Positions 12,725 to 27,426 of a stretch of 64,000 nt of DNA are shown here, piece by piece (position 1 is the first letter of the stretch; every line of letters starts with the position of its first letter). The notes beneath the pieces are model-generated. The model worked only from the letters and a program-made list of their open reading frames with translations. It made no database searches and was not told where the DNA came from. Where the stretch lies: the NCBI RefSeq assembly GCF_006345805.1, contig NC_042997.1, positions 18,538,001 through 18,602,000 on the forward strand, in the 5' to 3' direction. The position numbers and the translations under genes were made by a program. Origin of the DNA: Octopus sinensis (taxonomy: Eukaryota).

Positions 12725-12890
12725 AGGCGCAGGAGTGGCTGTGTGGTAAGTACCTTGCTAACCAACCACATGGTTCCGGGTTCAGTCCCGTTGCGTGGCA
12801 TCTTGGGCAAGTGTCTTCTGCTATAGCCCCAGGCCGACCAATGCCTTGTGAGTGGATTTGGTAGACGGAAACTGAAAGAAGCCTGTCGTA

Positions 12891-12937
<47 letters not shown>

Positions 12938-13134
12938 CTGTGTTTGTCCCCCTAGCATTGTTTGACAACCGATGCTGGTGTGTTTACGTCCCCGTCACTT
13001 AGCGGTTCGGCAAAAGAGACCCATAGAATAAGTACTGAGCTTACAAAGAATAAGTCCCAGGGTCGATTTGCTCAACTAAAGGTAGTGCTCCAGCATAGCC
13101 ACAGTCAAATGACTGAAACAAGTAAAAGAATAAA
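12725..13134 (+). mobile_element. Family B tRNA-like SINE (GGCGCAGGAGTGGCTGTGTGGTAAG head) with internal (AT)n(GT)n
   Basis: A-box/B-box-like head; high identity to copies at 24.6, 30.8 and 40.8 kb. Confidence 0.9.
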
Positions 13135-14513
13135 GTTTACATATAATATATGGTAGAAGAGTTTAAATTTAAAAAAAAGTTCAAATATGAAATTAATAAG
13201 ACTTGATAAAACATTTGTTTTCAAGATTATCAGGAGTAGTCATTTCAAAATTAGAATATTTTTGGAATCTTCTACGTCTGCTTTTTTCTGCTCATCTTCA
13301 TTCCAACAATGTTGCCCTTTTGTGTGTTTGTTGCACCAAAGGAAAAGCAGGGCAAGACATACACTTGCACAGAGACTGACTGCTTGACTGTTTTTCCATG
13401 CATTTCTCTTGCCTATATTTGATGATTCAAACTATTATGGTAACAAAGAAAATCCAGTTGAACACTCAATCACGGCACAGCTTCTATTCAAACATAGGCG
13501 ATATTTGAGATACCAGTCTGAAAACAATGTATGTGGTGTCTTGATCTTCAGGCACATAAACAAATACATGTAATGGTTGAAACTAATAGAAAAACATTAG
13601 TACAGAATTTTTATGATATATTCTAGCTCTGATCATCTGATCCAGACTCAAGAAAGAAAATAGTAAATTAAATAACAGCCAGTCTTATTTTATTCTAAAC
13701 TAAATGACAACTTTACAATTTTATTCCAACATTTCTTTCATGAAGACAAAGTAAAATTTCCTCCTCCTTCTTCTTCTTCAATGATATGATCTAACTCCAT
13801 CAGCTACACTGAACACACACAATATGTTGAAGAATGACTCTCTGCAAATTGAGAGCTAATTGAATACTTAATCAGTTATTACATCATAGAAGAGCCTTGT
13901 ACCACTTTAAATAATTTATTGGTTTCTAACAATTTGATTTTTAAAAAAGGCATTCCACATATTTCTATCCCCTACAAAAGATGAGCGAAACAACTGCCAT
14001 GTTGATGAAAGAAATTCAACCAAAAAGTCATTCACACTGTGACTTTTATTTGCAAGATGCTGGTTAAGATTTACTCAAACTTAGACGTGACTTGAAATAT
14101 GAATATAAAAACGATGCTTTTACCTTTCAGGAGCACAAAATAGAAAATTATGCCAAGTGAAATGATAGAAACTTTCACAAACATATATATATAAAGTTAT
14201 AATAAATTTGATTCTCATAAGTAAATGTTCTATTGTTAGTCATAAACTTGCTCTAGAGACTTGTGCATAACAAAGTAGATCTGGTAGGAAACTGAAAGAA
14301 GCCTGTCATTTATACATATATGTACACACACACACACGCATAAAGCTAATAACAGAAAATGGAAGAAAAAAAATATAATAGATGCTTGGTTCATTTTATT
14401 TGTATCAGAATGGAAAAGTAATCCAAAGTAATGCAATCTATTTGATAAAGCCAGTTGGATCTGGATTGTTATTAACAATTCCTTACGGTGAAATTGCATC
14501 TTCAAATTCTGAG

Positions 14514-14547
<34 letters not shown>

Positions 14548-14699
14548 CATAGAGAAATATTACCTTGTTTGTGTACAGGTGAGAGTTGCTGACAAGACAA
14601 AGGGTAACTACCTGTAGAATATTTGTCTCAAAAAATTTTGTGTCACTTATACAAATATAAAAAAGTGAGCATTAAGCGATAAAGATGAGGATGTTGTTG

Positions 14700-14702
<3 letters not shown>

Positions 14703-14768
<66 letters not shown>

Positions 14769-15055
14769 GTATATATATATATATGTATATATATATATGT
14801 ATATATATATATGTATATATATATGTATATATATATATGTTATATATATATATATGTATGTATATATATATATGTATATATATATGTATATATATATATA
14901 TGTATATATGTATGTATATATATATGTATATATATATATGTATATATATATATGTATATATATATATGTATATATATATATGTATATATATATGTTATAT
15001 ATATATATGTATATATATATGTATATAATATATGTATATATATATATACATATTC
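14703..15055. repeat. (AT)n-derived higher-order microsatellite (ATATATATGT-type units)
   Basis: AT runs punctuated by GT every 8-14 bp. Confidence 0.95.
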
Positions 15056-15517
15056 AGTAGATGCCACAGCATCTTGTTTTGGCTACACGCGGGGGGAAGG
15101 GGCTGTTGACACAATCGTCCATTCACAAATTGAATTCGGTGATACCAGTTGCGGGTTCTAGCTCGCTCTGATACTGAGTGGAGTTGGTGCCTTCTGGTAT
15201 CTTAAATTCAATATATATCATTTATGATATAGTATTACGCTGAGAGAAAAGAAGTTTCGGTAAGATAGAATTATTTATTATTTATATTTAATATTAATTC
15301 GTATGCTTTCCTTAAAATGATTTCGAAACGTACGTCCGTGGATAACTAAAAAAATGTATGATAGATTGCAGTCAATTCATTCTCTCTTACCTGTTTGTGC
15401 CTTCCAAATCTGTTTTACTGAGATCTCCCTTTTTAGTAGAAGAAATAGCTAACCTTTGCTGCTATTTATAAATTCGGTATGTGGTAAGGCAATCGTTGCT
15501 AAACCCTTATTGCTTAG

Positions 15518-15681
<164 letters not shown>

Positions 15682-15684
<3 letters not shown>

Positions 15685-15967
15685 GAGGCGCAATGGCCCA
15701 GTGGTTAAGGCAACGGACTCGCGGTCGTAGGTACGCGGTTTCGATTCCCAGACTGGGCGTTGTGTGTGTTTATTGAGCGAAAACACCTAAAAGCTCCACG
15801 AGGCTCTGGCAGGAGGGGGGGGGTGATCCCTGCTGTACTCTTTCACCACTCTTTCTCACACTCTTTCCTCTGTTGGCATCATTCGAAGGCTAAAACAATG
15901 CGAATGCATTGTGACCAGCGATGTGTAACTACATCTGATAGACTGGTCGGTCACGTGATCACGTGAT
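15682..15967 (+). mobile_element. Family C tRNA-like SINE (variant 3' half)
   Basis: GTGGAGGCGCAATGGCCCAGTGGTTAAG...GGTTTCGATTCCC head shared with the 25438 and 62315 copies; embedded in (AT)n. Confidence 0.8.
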
Positions 15968-16020
15968 ATATACATATACATACATATATATATGTATATA
16001 TATATACATATATATACTAC

Positions 16021-16062
<42 letters not shown>

Positions 16063-16099
16063 TATAGATACTATATATATAGAGATAGATAGATAGATA

Positions 16100-16258
16100 C
16101 ACTCTTAGAGTGGTTGACATTAGGAAGGGCATCCAGCCTTAGAAATCATGCCAAAATAGACTGTAGTCTGTTGCAGCTTTCCAGCTTGCCAGCAGACAAA
16201 CCGTCCAACGCATACTAGCATGGACAACAGACATTAAATGATGGTGATAATAATGATA
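16100..16258 (+). mobile_element. 3' end fragment of RTE-associated repeat (AGGAAGGGCATCCAGC...(GAT)n)
   Basis: Matches 44270-44420 (reverse) and 63040-63190. Confidence 0.75.
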
Positions 16259-16729
16259 GATAGATAGACACTTACTCACGTATACAGTCAAATATATAAA
16301 TAAGCAGTAACTATATAATATAAAATAATAAAAGTAAAACATTACCAAAATACACATGCATAAACTGACATAAAATGTACGTCTCTGCGTTATATCAAAC
16401 CAATTTGTACATCATTTTAGCATAACTGGCTTACCTTCTATCTATCAATTTATCATTTTTAATAAATTTTTGTCATCCGTTAATATGTTAATATGTGAGA
16501 AATTACCCCAGCGGACTGCTACAAAAATGCAGGAGCAATATTGCATGTAACTATCTAGGCCACATTTTTTTCTCCTTGTTCCCCTCATTAGAATGTCCCA
16601 TCATTCTTTTATATATTTTGCATATTTCCTTCAATAGATTCTAATATGTAGCATGCACGCAAGCACATACATATATTCATACAGGCATATGCATCATATA
16701 TACTATGTCACACACGCACACACACACAC

Positions 16730-16805
16730 ATGTATTCATATGTATGCATACATACGTACATATATATGTGTGTGTGTGTATGTACATATATATATATAGA
16801 TATAT

Positions 16806-16871
<66 letters not shown>

Positions 16872-16966
16872 GTATGTGTGTGTATGTACATATATATATA
16901 GATATATAGGTATATATATTATATATGTATATATGTATATATATATAATATGTATATATATATGTG

Positions 16967-16999
<33 letters not shown>

Positions 17000-17050
17000 C
17001 TCCACACACACACACATACATGCATTTATATATAATACTACACTGACACA
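16730..17050. repeat. Compound AT/GT microsatellite with a duplicated internal unit
   Basis: GTGTGTGTATGTACATATATATATAGATATATAGGTATATATA occurs at about 16770 and 16876. Confidence 0.85.
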
Positions 17051-17639
17051 TACATAGGTGTTTCTATATATGCGTGTATATATGTAACAATTTTTGTTTT
17101 TTTTTACTTCAGTCTTTTTTAAACTGCCACTCATCCTCATTCATGCCATCTTATTGCACACAGTATTGCCACTATTATATTTCACATATCCATTTAAAGA
17201 CATTGTGTTAGTGCTACACATATACTTCCTCCTTATCATTGATTTTTTTCCTGTTCTGCTGCAGAAGTCCCCTAGTTCCACCATTGTTTGTTAGTTTGAG
17301 AATTTATCTCTTTCTGTCCTTCATTTCCTTTATATTTTTTTCTTCTTATATAGTTGGGAGATGTTTTGTTTTTCATTGTTGTATTTTTATTATTATTATT
17401 GCTCGAAAATTTTTTGTTGCTGATTTCTTTCCTTACCACGATTCTCCACTAGTTCATTCTTTAGGGCTTATTATCCACACAGGTCCATGCTATTGTTGAG
17501 ATTGCAACATATATTAAGGGGTGCCACCTGCAGTATAATCTCATCTCTTACACAGAAAAAATAGTAGGATGTGCATTTATATATCTGGATAGTTATCTAG
17601 CTTTCTTTATTTCCCATTCTCTGATACACTCTGTGACAC

Positions 17640-17678
17640 TCACTGTCTCTCTCTCTCTGTCTCTGTCTCTGTATATAT

Positions 17679-17732
<54 letters not shown>

Positions 17733-18064
17733 TTACATATATTTATATTTATATATATATAAAAATACGTATGTATATGTGTGTGTAAGAACATATACAT
17801 GTATCTAAGCATACACACACATACATATGATATACAAAAACTGGTCGACGTTTTAGGTTCACTTATGTATACATGTGTACACACACACACACACACACAC
17901 ATACACACATACACATATATATATACACATGCATATAATTATATATGTCTCTATGTATATTTACAAAGATAGAAAGATATTTATGTTTACCTATCTATCT
18001 ATCTATATATTTACATAATTTATATATATATTATATATATATATATATATTATATATATATATG

Positions 18065-18127
<63 letters not shown>

Positions 18128-18146
18128 ATATGGTTGTGTATGTATG

Positions 18147-18187
<41 letters not shown>

Positions 18188-18200
18188 ATAAATATATATA
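17640..18200. repeat. Compound CT/AT/AC/GT microsatellite field
   Basis: Direct repeats. Confidence 0.9.
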
Positions 18201-18559
18201 TATTTCCTTTCATTCAAGCACGCATGGGCCAATACTACAAATATTTCTGAAAGTGAAATATATAATCCAGGCTCTTGGTGATTTTGACAATATTTATATT
18301 TTCTGGCTAGCTTTTCAGCCTGAGAAAAGCTGTCTTTATTAGCTGGTCATTCTTGTTGTTTCCTTAATGTCTCCATAGGATCAACCTATCACACCGATAT
18401 AAATAACAATAACAATCATAGAATTTTCTGAGATACCACACTTGCAATGAATATCACGTTAATTTTTGTTGGCAAAATGAGAAACATTCTTTTGTGAAGA
18501 AGGACAATGACATACACTGGAACAGAATATAGATTTTAGGTGGATGCAGATGTTTCACA

Positions 18560-18589
18560 TATATACATATACAAATACATATATATACA

Positions 18590-18629
<40 letters not shown>

Positions 18630-18637
18630 CGTATATA

Positions 18638-18672
<35 letters not shown>

Positions 18673-18782
18673 GGTATATATATATGTACATATATATGTA
18701 TACATATGTATGTATACATATATATATATATAATATATATATATATATATAATATATATATATTATTATTATTATTATTATA
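18560..18782. repeat. (AT)n/(ATT)n microsatellite
   Basis: Direct repeats. Confidence 0.9.
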
Positions 18783-19176
18783 GAAAATGTAAGGATTTCT
18801 ATAAAAGTTTATAAAAGCCATAAGGAAAATGACATGGAGGTGATGGTGGAAGGCTAAATATTTTAGTTTGGTTTCATGTCTTGTCTGTCAAATGTTTTCT
18901 GTAATGATTTATTTATCCGATTAAAGATTTACTCTAGACTGACGTTTTTATTTTTTTACTTTTATTTAAAAAATAATTTTTAGTAGTTAATTTTTTTTTC
19001 AATTTTTCTTTGTTTGTTTGTTTGTTGGTTTTAGTGGCTTTCTTGAGGTGAAACTGCTGTGAAAATTAAAAACTATAAATTACTGGAAGAAGTTGGTTCA
19101 AATGTATGTGCTTCTCTTTGAATGAATTTATGTCTGAGATTGTGTGTGAAAGAGAAAGTGTGGTAGAGAGACAAAG

Positions 19177-19183
<7 letters not shown>

Positions 19184-19225
<42 letters not shown>

Positions 19226-19264
19226 AAGAAAGAAATGAGAGAGAGCAAGAGAGAGAGAGAGAGA
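19184..19264. repeat. (AG)n microsatellite
   Basis: Direct repeats. Confidence 0.95.
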
Positions 19265-20599
19265 GTTTCAGTTTCACAGTGCAAATGATTGATGAGTGTG
19301 TGTGTTGTGAAACCATAACTTTAATAAAATCAGCTCAGTGATTTCATTTATATCCATCATATTTTCCATATTGGAGTGCTAAAATAATGAGTTATGGTAA
19401 CACACTCTAAGTGATACTGAAAGATGAAGCAACACTGTCTTGTTGACACAAAATGCAATGATAACTCCAGCAAGCTGACAAGGAAATTGATAATGGCATA
19501 TTTGATACGAAAAGAAATGGTATTGCAAGAGAGCTAGAACAAAAAAGTTGTGTCAAATATTTTCAGATGGAATATAAAGCTGCAGATACATTTACCAATA
19601 GTGAAACACAAGTATTGTAATAGTATCTATCTGATATATGTAGAAAATAATAAAACTCTGTTTGATACATGGAATTGTGATAGATTTACTCAACTGACAG
19701 AACAGAGTTTAAATGCTAAAGAGATGACTTATGGAATTCTCAATGTAGTCATATAGAGCTGTGAAAAACTGAAAATCTAATCTAGAGAATTTGGTGAACA
19801 TCATCATGATGAAGCAAAGAATGTAATAATAATAAGTTTATTGTATACAGTGCTTAGGTGAACTATAATTCATCAGAAAAGGGTAAAAGAGGGAACAGAA
19901 AGAGTAAGTAAAGATAGACAGTAATGATTCCAACAGTGCATGCACAGTGTAGAAAATAAAACACGAAAAGACAACAACAAAAAAACCAGTAAAAGAGCCA
20001 TAAAAGGAATGCTTTGCATATCAGAAGTAGTGTTAAAGAATTTTGGTAAGCATGGAATTTTTGAAAGTTACATTGAATTAGCTGTAAGTTGAGACATAAA
20101 GAAAACATAATCTCAAAACCTGTTAAAGCAAAAACTGTAACGTAGTTGTGAGGCAATAAAGTGTTGAGATAACATGGTAGAACTAATATAAAACAATTTA
20201 CTCACAGCAGTAAGACTTGCATACTAAAACACTACAAGTTCTGCCACTCATCACTCTGCTTATTTTATCACTATTACAAAAGCTTATGGTCTTCTGAATT
20301 TGCTTACTGCACAACAGCTCCTTCTTTCACCTATACTGCCTTGCCAACCATGTTCAAGCACTTACTACTTTTGCTGATCTTTTCTTCTAATGGTATCATC
20401 TCTATGGAATTGCTATTCTGTCCATTTAATTATCTTGTGAGCATAGGGCTAGCTTGCACAAGCTGAACATCAACTACATCAATCACCCCAATCTCAGAAA
20501 GACAGCAGGAAATACAGCAAGATGCCATGTGAAAGTGGCATGCTTGATAAGCAGAAAAGATGGAAGAAGGAAAATTCCATGTTATGTCCCTATTTAAAT

Positions 20600-21300
20600 T
20601 ATGGATGTACAGGAGAGGCAATGTGATCACAAACAGGCTGGCTAACATGGAATAAAGTCTTTATGTGTGGTAGAAGCAAAGGAGTAATTAACAATAAAAG
20701 CTTTCTTGAAATAAAACCTTTCAAATTCTCAGAAGGTCCCACTGAAGTAGGTGATAGCCTTTCTTACATAGGTTATGTTATTAGTAGTGAAAGAAGATGG
20801 ACCAAAGTATAGTAACCAGAGTAGGAATGAGGTGCCAAAAGTTCAGGGAGCTATTACCTTAGCTAGCTACAAAGGGATTACTCTCTCTCTCCCTCTTTCT
20901 CTCTTTTTCTCTCCCTTTGAAAGAAGGGAGCTTATATGATGCATATGAAAGATATTGCATAATGGTGAATCATGGGAATCATATGTTGAAGATATGTCAG
21001 GGCTGGAAAAAATGAGGTAAATATCCTACCCTGGATATGCAATATTAATAGGTATGAAAACAGCTGAAGTACACTGACAGAAAACTGGGTTTTACTTGGA
21101 ATCAGAAAAAAATATGCGTGTGAAAAGGCCAGGCCAAGCATTCCAAGATGAAGGATTATGTGGGGGGAAAAAAAGTCTGACAGAGTGGTGTAGAAAGAAG
21201 TAATAAAAACAGATATCATGAAAGAGATGACGCAAACGTAGTGGTCAGACACTGACTCAATGAAAACTCTAACTCTTGCAAACATAGGAAATGAGCATAA
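20600..21300 (+). mobile_element. Degenerate RTE-type LINE 3' part
   Basis: VGDSL...SIVTRVGMRCQKFRELLP at about 20750-20860, homologous to the 44640-45360 element. Confidence 0.7.
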
Positions 21301-21799
21301 AAGGAATAATGATAGTATATGCCTGCTTCTGTGTAAGAAAGTAAAACACTAATAAGGTAAAGAATGCCAGTATATTTGTGATTTAAATTTAAGAAAAAGT
21401 AATGAGACTTTCAAGTATTGTACATTCAAGAAAACGTGTGTATGTGCGAATAAACTTTATACTAAATATGTATTAAGTATCTTATTCAATAGTGGTCTCA
21501 AGTTTAGCATGTTGCTGACAATGTTATGCTCATTTATCTTTATGCTATATGCAATATTGTGGGAGTCATCTCAGCAAGGTTCCACCTTTGATAAACTGCG
21601 TATGATATAGAAGGAATGCTGAGATGTCTCAAAAAACTCCCTAGTATGCACTTAAGGCAAATGGGGACATCGATACTCTCCAGCTGTTCCTAAGGCCCAA
21701 AAGGGAGATAACTCTTATACCAGTGATTTTTCATTATCACCATCAATCTTCTGAGTTAAACCCATGATAATCAAGGTTTGATATTAACGATGAGTAAAG

Positions 21800-21862
21800 C
21801 AGTGAGCTGTCAGAATTATTAGCATGCCAGACAAAATGCTTAGTAGCATTTCGTCCATCTAA
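21800..21862 (+). mobile_element. Family A SINE head fragment
   Basis: GCAGTGAGCTGTCAGAATTATTAGCATGCCAGACAAAATGCTTAG. Confidence 0.6.
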
Positions 21863-24618
21863 TTTCTTACCTATGCTTCCACTTGGCATTACATCTAATA
21901 TCTTGACCATCAAGCAGTGGGAGAACAAAGATCGATGCACAGTGAGAGGATTCACTTTAATATAGATTGATACTTGGTGGAGAGAACTTATTAGCTCCTT
22001 CACAAGCTATTCCTCTGCTCCCAGGGAAGACTTGTCCTTTCGTTCCTTTTTTTAGTTTTGCTTGAGACAAAACAACCTCTGTAGCACTGGTACCACAATA
22101 GAATGTGCCCAGCAGCTCCTTAAAGTTGTTGGTGATAACCATGATATTCTGCATAGAAACGATGCTAAAAATTTAATATATGAGCAAGAAACGATCCTCA
22201 ATCTATCTAGAAGGCAGGAACTTCAGATAAAAATGGACTTGAACTATGATTGCCCATCCAACCCATGCCAGCATGAATAAGCAGATGTAAAATTATGATG
22301 ATGATGAAATACATGCACACCCAGATACGTGTGTGCTGTGTGTGTGTGTGTATGTATGTGTGTGTGAGTGTTTGTGTGGCTGTGTGTATTTATGTACATT
22401 ATATGCATATGTGTGTGTGTATGTGTCTGTACAAGTGTATATGTGCATACATATGTATGTATGTATGTCTATATGAACACATACATATACACACACGCAA
22501 GCATGTATTTATATACACATGGAGATATATACACAAATACACATGCTCACGTACAGGAAGATACATACATACATACATAACTACTTGCTACAAAACAATC
22601 TATATTAAAAGGTAACTGACTGTTTACATTTATTTACATCATGTCACTCTTGTGATAATACTGCTATATAACAAAAAGCATTCGCCATTTCTCTTATTTG
22701 ATAAAATATCTCACCCATGCACAATCTCTTCCCCAACACCAACACCACCACCACCACCACCACTAGAATAAAAACTTCTGTTTACTCCCAGACTTCCACT
22801 TGATTGTGATCTGAACTATAGTGTAATCTATTGCTGCATCTAACAGCTGCATTTCCCAGCTGCACATCAACTTATTTTACTCGTCACTATATATTATTCA
22901 TCATGACACCACATTCTCGTACAAGTGTCTCACTCATTAATGTGTCTTTGCTTTTACCAAGGAAAACAATGTTCTTGAAATTCCTCTCATAACACCCATC
23001 CCTTGACTTCACCTTCAACCATACATAGCTGGAAAGTATGAAAGTGAATTCCGGACGTTAGTTTTTCCCATGTGGTTTAGTGATATTTTCTACAATCATA
23101 AAATATTGTTGTTACTGCTGATTCAAGTGTTCTTTCCAATTTGGCAAGCATTGAAACATCTCAGACTCATTACAGTTCTATAGTTACATGAATGAAGGGT
23201 GGAGCAATTTTTTTTTTCTTTTTTTTTTTTCTTTTGCTGTATGTGAATCTGACATTGGGTGGAAGTCACACTGTTTAAAATTGCAATGCTTTCAACAAAC
23301 AATGCAGTGTTTCAGGCTGATTGGTGTCCATGACACTTTTTCATTCCTAACATTACTGACTACGCCAGTGTTTTTCATTGTGGGGGGAAAGTGGAATTGC
23401 AAAGATTGAAAAGTCTGAGGACAAATTACCATGCTTAATAAAATTAAGATTGTTTCCAAATTTTTAAACTTGTCAAACACCTTGGTGAAGAAAGAAGAAT
23501 TATGTGGATGCAAAATCTATTTTGACATCTCGTTAATAAAGAAGACGAGGGAACAGAATATTTCACTTATATTTCATGCAGAGTTTGTCTAGCATTTGTC
23601 AGTTTGAGAACTACTCAGCTCATATAGAAAAGGACTTGTCGTTTCTCTTTTAAATGACAAACAAATTGTCATAGTATGAATATATATATATATATATAAA
23701 CTAAAATATTTTAGATAAATAATTATCTAAAATGCTTATGACCTCATTTCAAGAAAAATTTTAAATTATAGCAAAATTGTATTAATATGAATTTGTATCA
23801 CAAAGTTCTTTCCTTCAAGGGGAAAATTAACTATGACTGTAGAAAAAGAAAGCAACACATATTCAGAAAAGGCTTGACACAAAAAATATTTTTCCAATAT
23901 TCATAAAATGTGTGTGTGTGTGTGGTATGTATGCATGTATGTGTGTGTATGTGTGTATTCTCTTCTTAAAAAATTGAAGAAAATTTTTAAAATATATAAT
24001 TAAATTCCTTTATCAAACTAAAACTGAATTTAACTGCTACATCTCAATTGCAAATTATGAGAATAGAAAAGAAATCATCCCTTGATATGACAAAATCATA
24101 TTCCTTTTCCAATTTATTCACTGCCATCTATTTTTGTTGTTGAACCATTTCTTTGTTTACTCAAGTTGCCAAGTTCAAGAAAATAGTTGCCCGTATTGAA
24201 TTTATTAAATTTCCTTGCCAGGAATAATTACAAAGTTGTCTGTTACAGTTTATCTGTTATTTACTGCTAGACTTTTAGATTTGGAACACTACATATTTAT
24301 ATAAAATTGCTTTGTCAGAGTTGCCAGCTAACTTCCTATCAACATAGGTTCAGGTCATAAGATCCAAAATTTCATGAACTTTTCCAACTGATGTCAAGAT
24401 ATGTCAAAATTATCTGATTATGAGAAACTAAAGTTAAATATCTAATTTATTTTAAAGACTCTAAAATTCCTGTATTATTTTGTTGAGTAATTTCCTCATA
24501 TTTTAAAATTCATTTTTTGTGTTCCTATCAACTAAACAGATTGGGTTTTAACATTTTTTAATAATAACTATAAATAAATTATAAGCATAGGAGAGGCTGT
24601 GTGGTAAATAGCTGCCAT

Positions 24619-24784
24619 AGGCGTAGGAGTGGCTGTGTGGTAAGTAGCTTGCTTACGAACCACATGGTTCCAGGTTCAGTCCCACTGCATGGCACCTTGG
24701 GCAAGTGTCTTCTACTATAGCCTCGGGCTGACCAAAGCCTTGTGAGTGGATTTGGTAGACGGAAACTGAAAGAAGCCCGTCGTA

Positions 24785-24831
<47 letters not shown>

Positions 24832-25050
24832 ATATGTTTGTGTGTCTGTGTTTGTCCCCCCCAACATTACTTGACAACCGATGCTGGTGTGTTTACGTCC
24901 CTGTAACATTAGTGGTTCAGCAAAAGAGACTGATAGAATAAGTACTAGGCTTACAAAGAATAAGTTCTGGGGTCAATTTTCTTGAATAAAAGTGGTGCTC
25001 CAGCATGGCCACAGTCAAATGTCTGAAACAAGTAAAAGTAAAAGCAAAAG
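24619..25050 (+). mobile_element. Family B SINE preceded by a second partial head (about 24586-24612)
   Basis: High identity to the 12725 copy; GGCTGTGTGGTAA(A/G)TAGC occurs twice. Confidence 0.9.
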
Positions 25051-25437
25051 CAAAAATTGTGAAATGTGAAAATTCCCCAAGCAATCAAGTAAAAGAAATT
25101 TCAATATAGCAAAGATATCAAGACTTTTGGAATGTAATCAAATTTAACTTATAGGTAAGAATAAACCATTGTGAGGACATTTATAGAACTCATCACACAT
25201 ATGTATAATTTTATAAAGCAGTTGCTAGAATTTTCTAGAAGTCAGAAAGATAAACTTGTTTAGAGGTATGTAATACTATATTTGATATTTTCTAACTTAC
25301 AAAGATGTCTTATGAGGTAAAAGGAGATTTGGTGGCTATTTCAGAAAGATCAATCAACCACAAATAGCTCCCTTGTACACATAATTTTCAATTGAGATAT
25401 GAAACAAAGGCTTATATGAAATGTATTATATGGAATA

Positions 25438-25724
25438 GTGGAGGCACATGGCCTAGTGGTTAGAGCAGCGGACTTGCAGTTGAGGGATCATGGGTTCAAA
25501 TCTCAGACAAGGTGATCTGTGTGTTTATGAGCGAAACACCTAAGCTCCACGCAGCTCCGGCAGAAGGTAACGGCGAACTTCTGCTCACTCTTTCCCATGT
25601 ATCTTGCGGCTCACCTGCGATGGACCGGCATCCCATCCAGGTGGGGAACCTATATGCCAAAGAAACCGGGAAACTGGCCCTATGAGTCAGGTGAGGCTCG
25701 AGAAGGAACAAACAACAACAAATC
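25438..25724 (+). mobile_element. Family C SINE with 10-bp TSD
   Basis: ATATGGAATA at 25428-25437 and 25725-25734; (AAC)n tail. Confidence 0.88.
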
Positions 25725-25914
25725 ATATGGAATAATTTAACATTGAATCTTACCCTTTAACTCTTCATGAAGCCACATAAGCAATAAAAAATATCTGACT
25801 GGTACTTCCCTAAATTTTAAGATATGGAACTGCATATCTTGCAATACAAAATAACCTATTTCAAAACTGAATGGCTAATTGTTTCGTTAGTATTATATAA
25901 TATTGGTATGTTAC

Positions 25915-26120
25915 AGGGTGGTGAACTGTCAGAATTGTTAGCATGTTTAGTGGCATTTTGTCTGTCTATATTCTGCATTCAAATGTTGCTGGGGTTAACT
26001 TGCCTTTTGTCCTTTCGAGGTTGATAAAATAAGTAACAGTTGACCACTGGGTTCGATATAATTGACTTACTCCCCATCCCCACCCAAAATTACTGGCCTT
26101 GTACTAAAACTTGAATACAA
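25915..26120 (+). mobile_element. Diverged family A SINE
   Basis: GGTGGTGAACTGTCAGAATTGTTAGC head and family A 3' end. Confidence 0.75.
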
Positions 26121-26430
26121 TATCTTATAATTTAACATCTTGCTTCTGACATCTGGTGTATTCTACTTTTATGACCAATTCAGTGCTATATTTTTCCAGA
26201 TGTACATCATGAATGTTTATCTTGAATTATATTCTAGACATATTAACACTGATTTATTCAAAATATTTTAGAAAAAATACATTCCTTATTCCATGATAAT
26301 TTATTTTTAGAACTAGACAACTTCTAATATACTATTATACTCTTAACTTTCAATAAATATTAATCTAAGGATCAATTCAATATGAAACTTAGATTCATTA
26401 TAATATTAAACTTAGATTCAGTAGAATATT

Positions 26431-26625
26431 GGTTTCAAATTTTGGTACAAGGCCAGCAAATTCGGGGGAGGGGGGTAAGTTGATTATACTACCTCCAGTG
26501 TTCAACTGGTATTTATTTTATAAAAGTAGGATATAGACAATTATATTGTCCCTAGTATTTGAGTGAAAATATTTTATTGACCCTAGAGGTGTGAAAGGCA
26601 AAATTAACCTTGAGAGTTTGAACGC
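26431..26625 (-). mobile_element. Diverged family A SINE
   Basis: TTTCAAATTTTGGTACAAGGCCAGC 3' end on the reverse strand. Confidence 0.65.
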
Positions 26626-27198
26626 ACAGCCTAAATAGTCTGATAAATTATTAACCAAAATTTCAGTACAATATAAAACTAAGTTTTAGTGCAATTTTAA
26701 ACAAAATTTCAATACACTAACCAATTAATTAAAATTGTGCTGTAGTTCTATAAGGCAATTTCCACCAGTAGTAAAACCCGGTGGAATACTTTATTGTGAT
26801 AATAATATAGAACAAATATAATCCTCATTGTTCTAATTGTGTTTCAATACAATATTTCAGTATTTGTACTGTTGTAATAGAATAAGACTAAATTTCATGA
26901 AATACCTACGCTGCTAGTATAGAACTGAAATATCAAATTTATGAATGACCTTAGCCAGTACATTTTCACACCTTTCATAGCGTGCACTTTTCAGAGATGT
27001 TTACAGAATTAAATACATGCAGGTGGTGAACTTGTGAAACCCTTAGAGCATTGGAAAGTATGACTAATGATATTTGCTGTAACTCTCTACACTCAGATTT
27101 CAAATTTTGTTGGTGGCAACTATCCCATTTGGTGATTCATAAAAAGAAAAAAAAAGAACTAACCAAGAGCAGTAGACTTGTGAAAATATAAGAATATA

Positions 27199-27426
27199 GA
27201 AGGTGGCGAGCTGGCAGAATCGTTAGCACACCGGGAAAAATGCTTCGCAGTGTTTCATTTGCTGCTACGTTCTGAGTTCAAATTCCGCCGAGGTCGACTT
27301 ATCCTTTCGAGGTCGATTAAATAAGTACCAGTTACACACTGGGGTCGATATAATTGACTTAATCCGTTTGTCTGTCCTTGTTTGTACCCTCTGTGTGTAG
27401 CCCCTTGTGGGTAATAAAGAAATAGG
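27199..27426 (+). mobile_element. Family A SINE (corresponds to the left monomer of the composite form)
   Basis: GGCGAGCTGGCAGAATCGTTAGC head; ends in GTAATAAAGAAATAGG. Confidence 0.88.

Noticed and set aside
12725-12810. tRNA-like sequences at SINE heads
   Set aside because: They continue into SINE bodies and are diverged; not tRNA genes.
13240-13413. Alternative frame with a TM-like stretch (AVSLCASVCLALLFLW)
   Set aside because: Needs phase-0 entry, which the candidate upstream exon does not supply; no homology recognised.
22062-22280. 72-aa ORF MRQNNLCSTG...
   Set aside because: No splice context or recognisable motif; probably chance or very old repeat.
23316-23438. ADWCP(TGA)HFF frame suggesting a thioredoxin-like selenocysteine motif
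   Set aside because: No resolving Cys, no recognisable selenoprotein similarity and no SECIS identified; an in-frame TGA is expected by chance.
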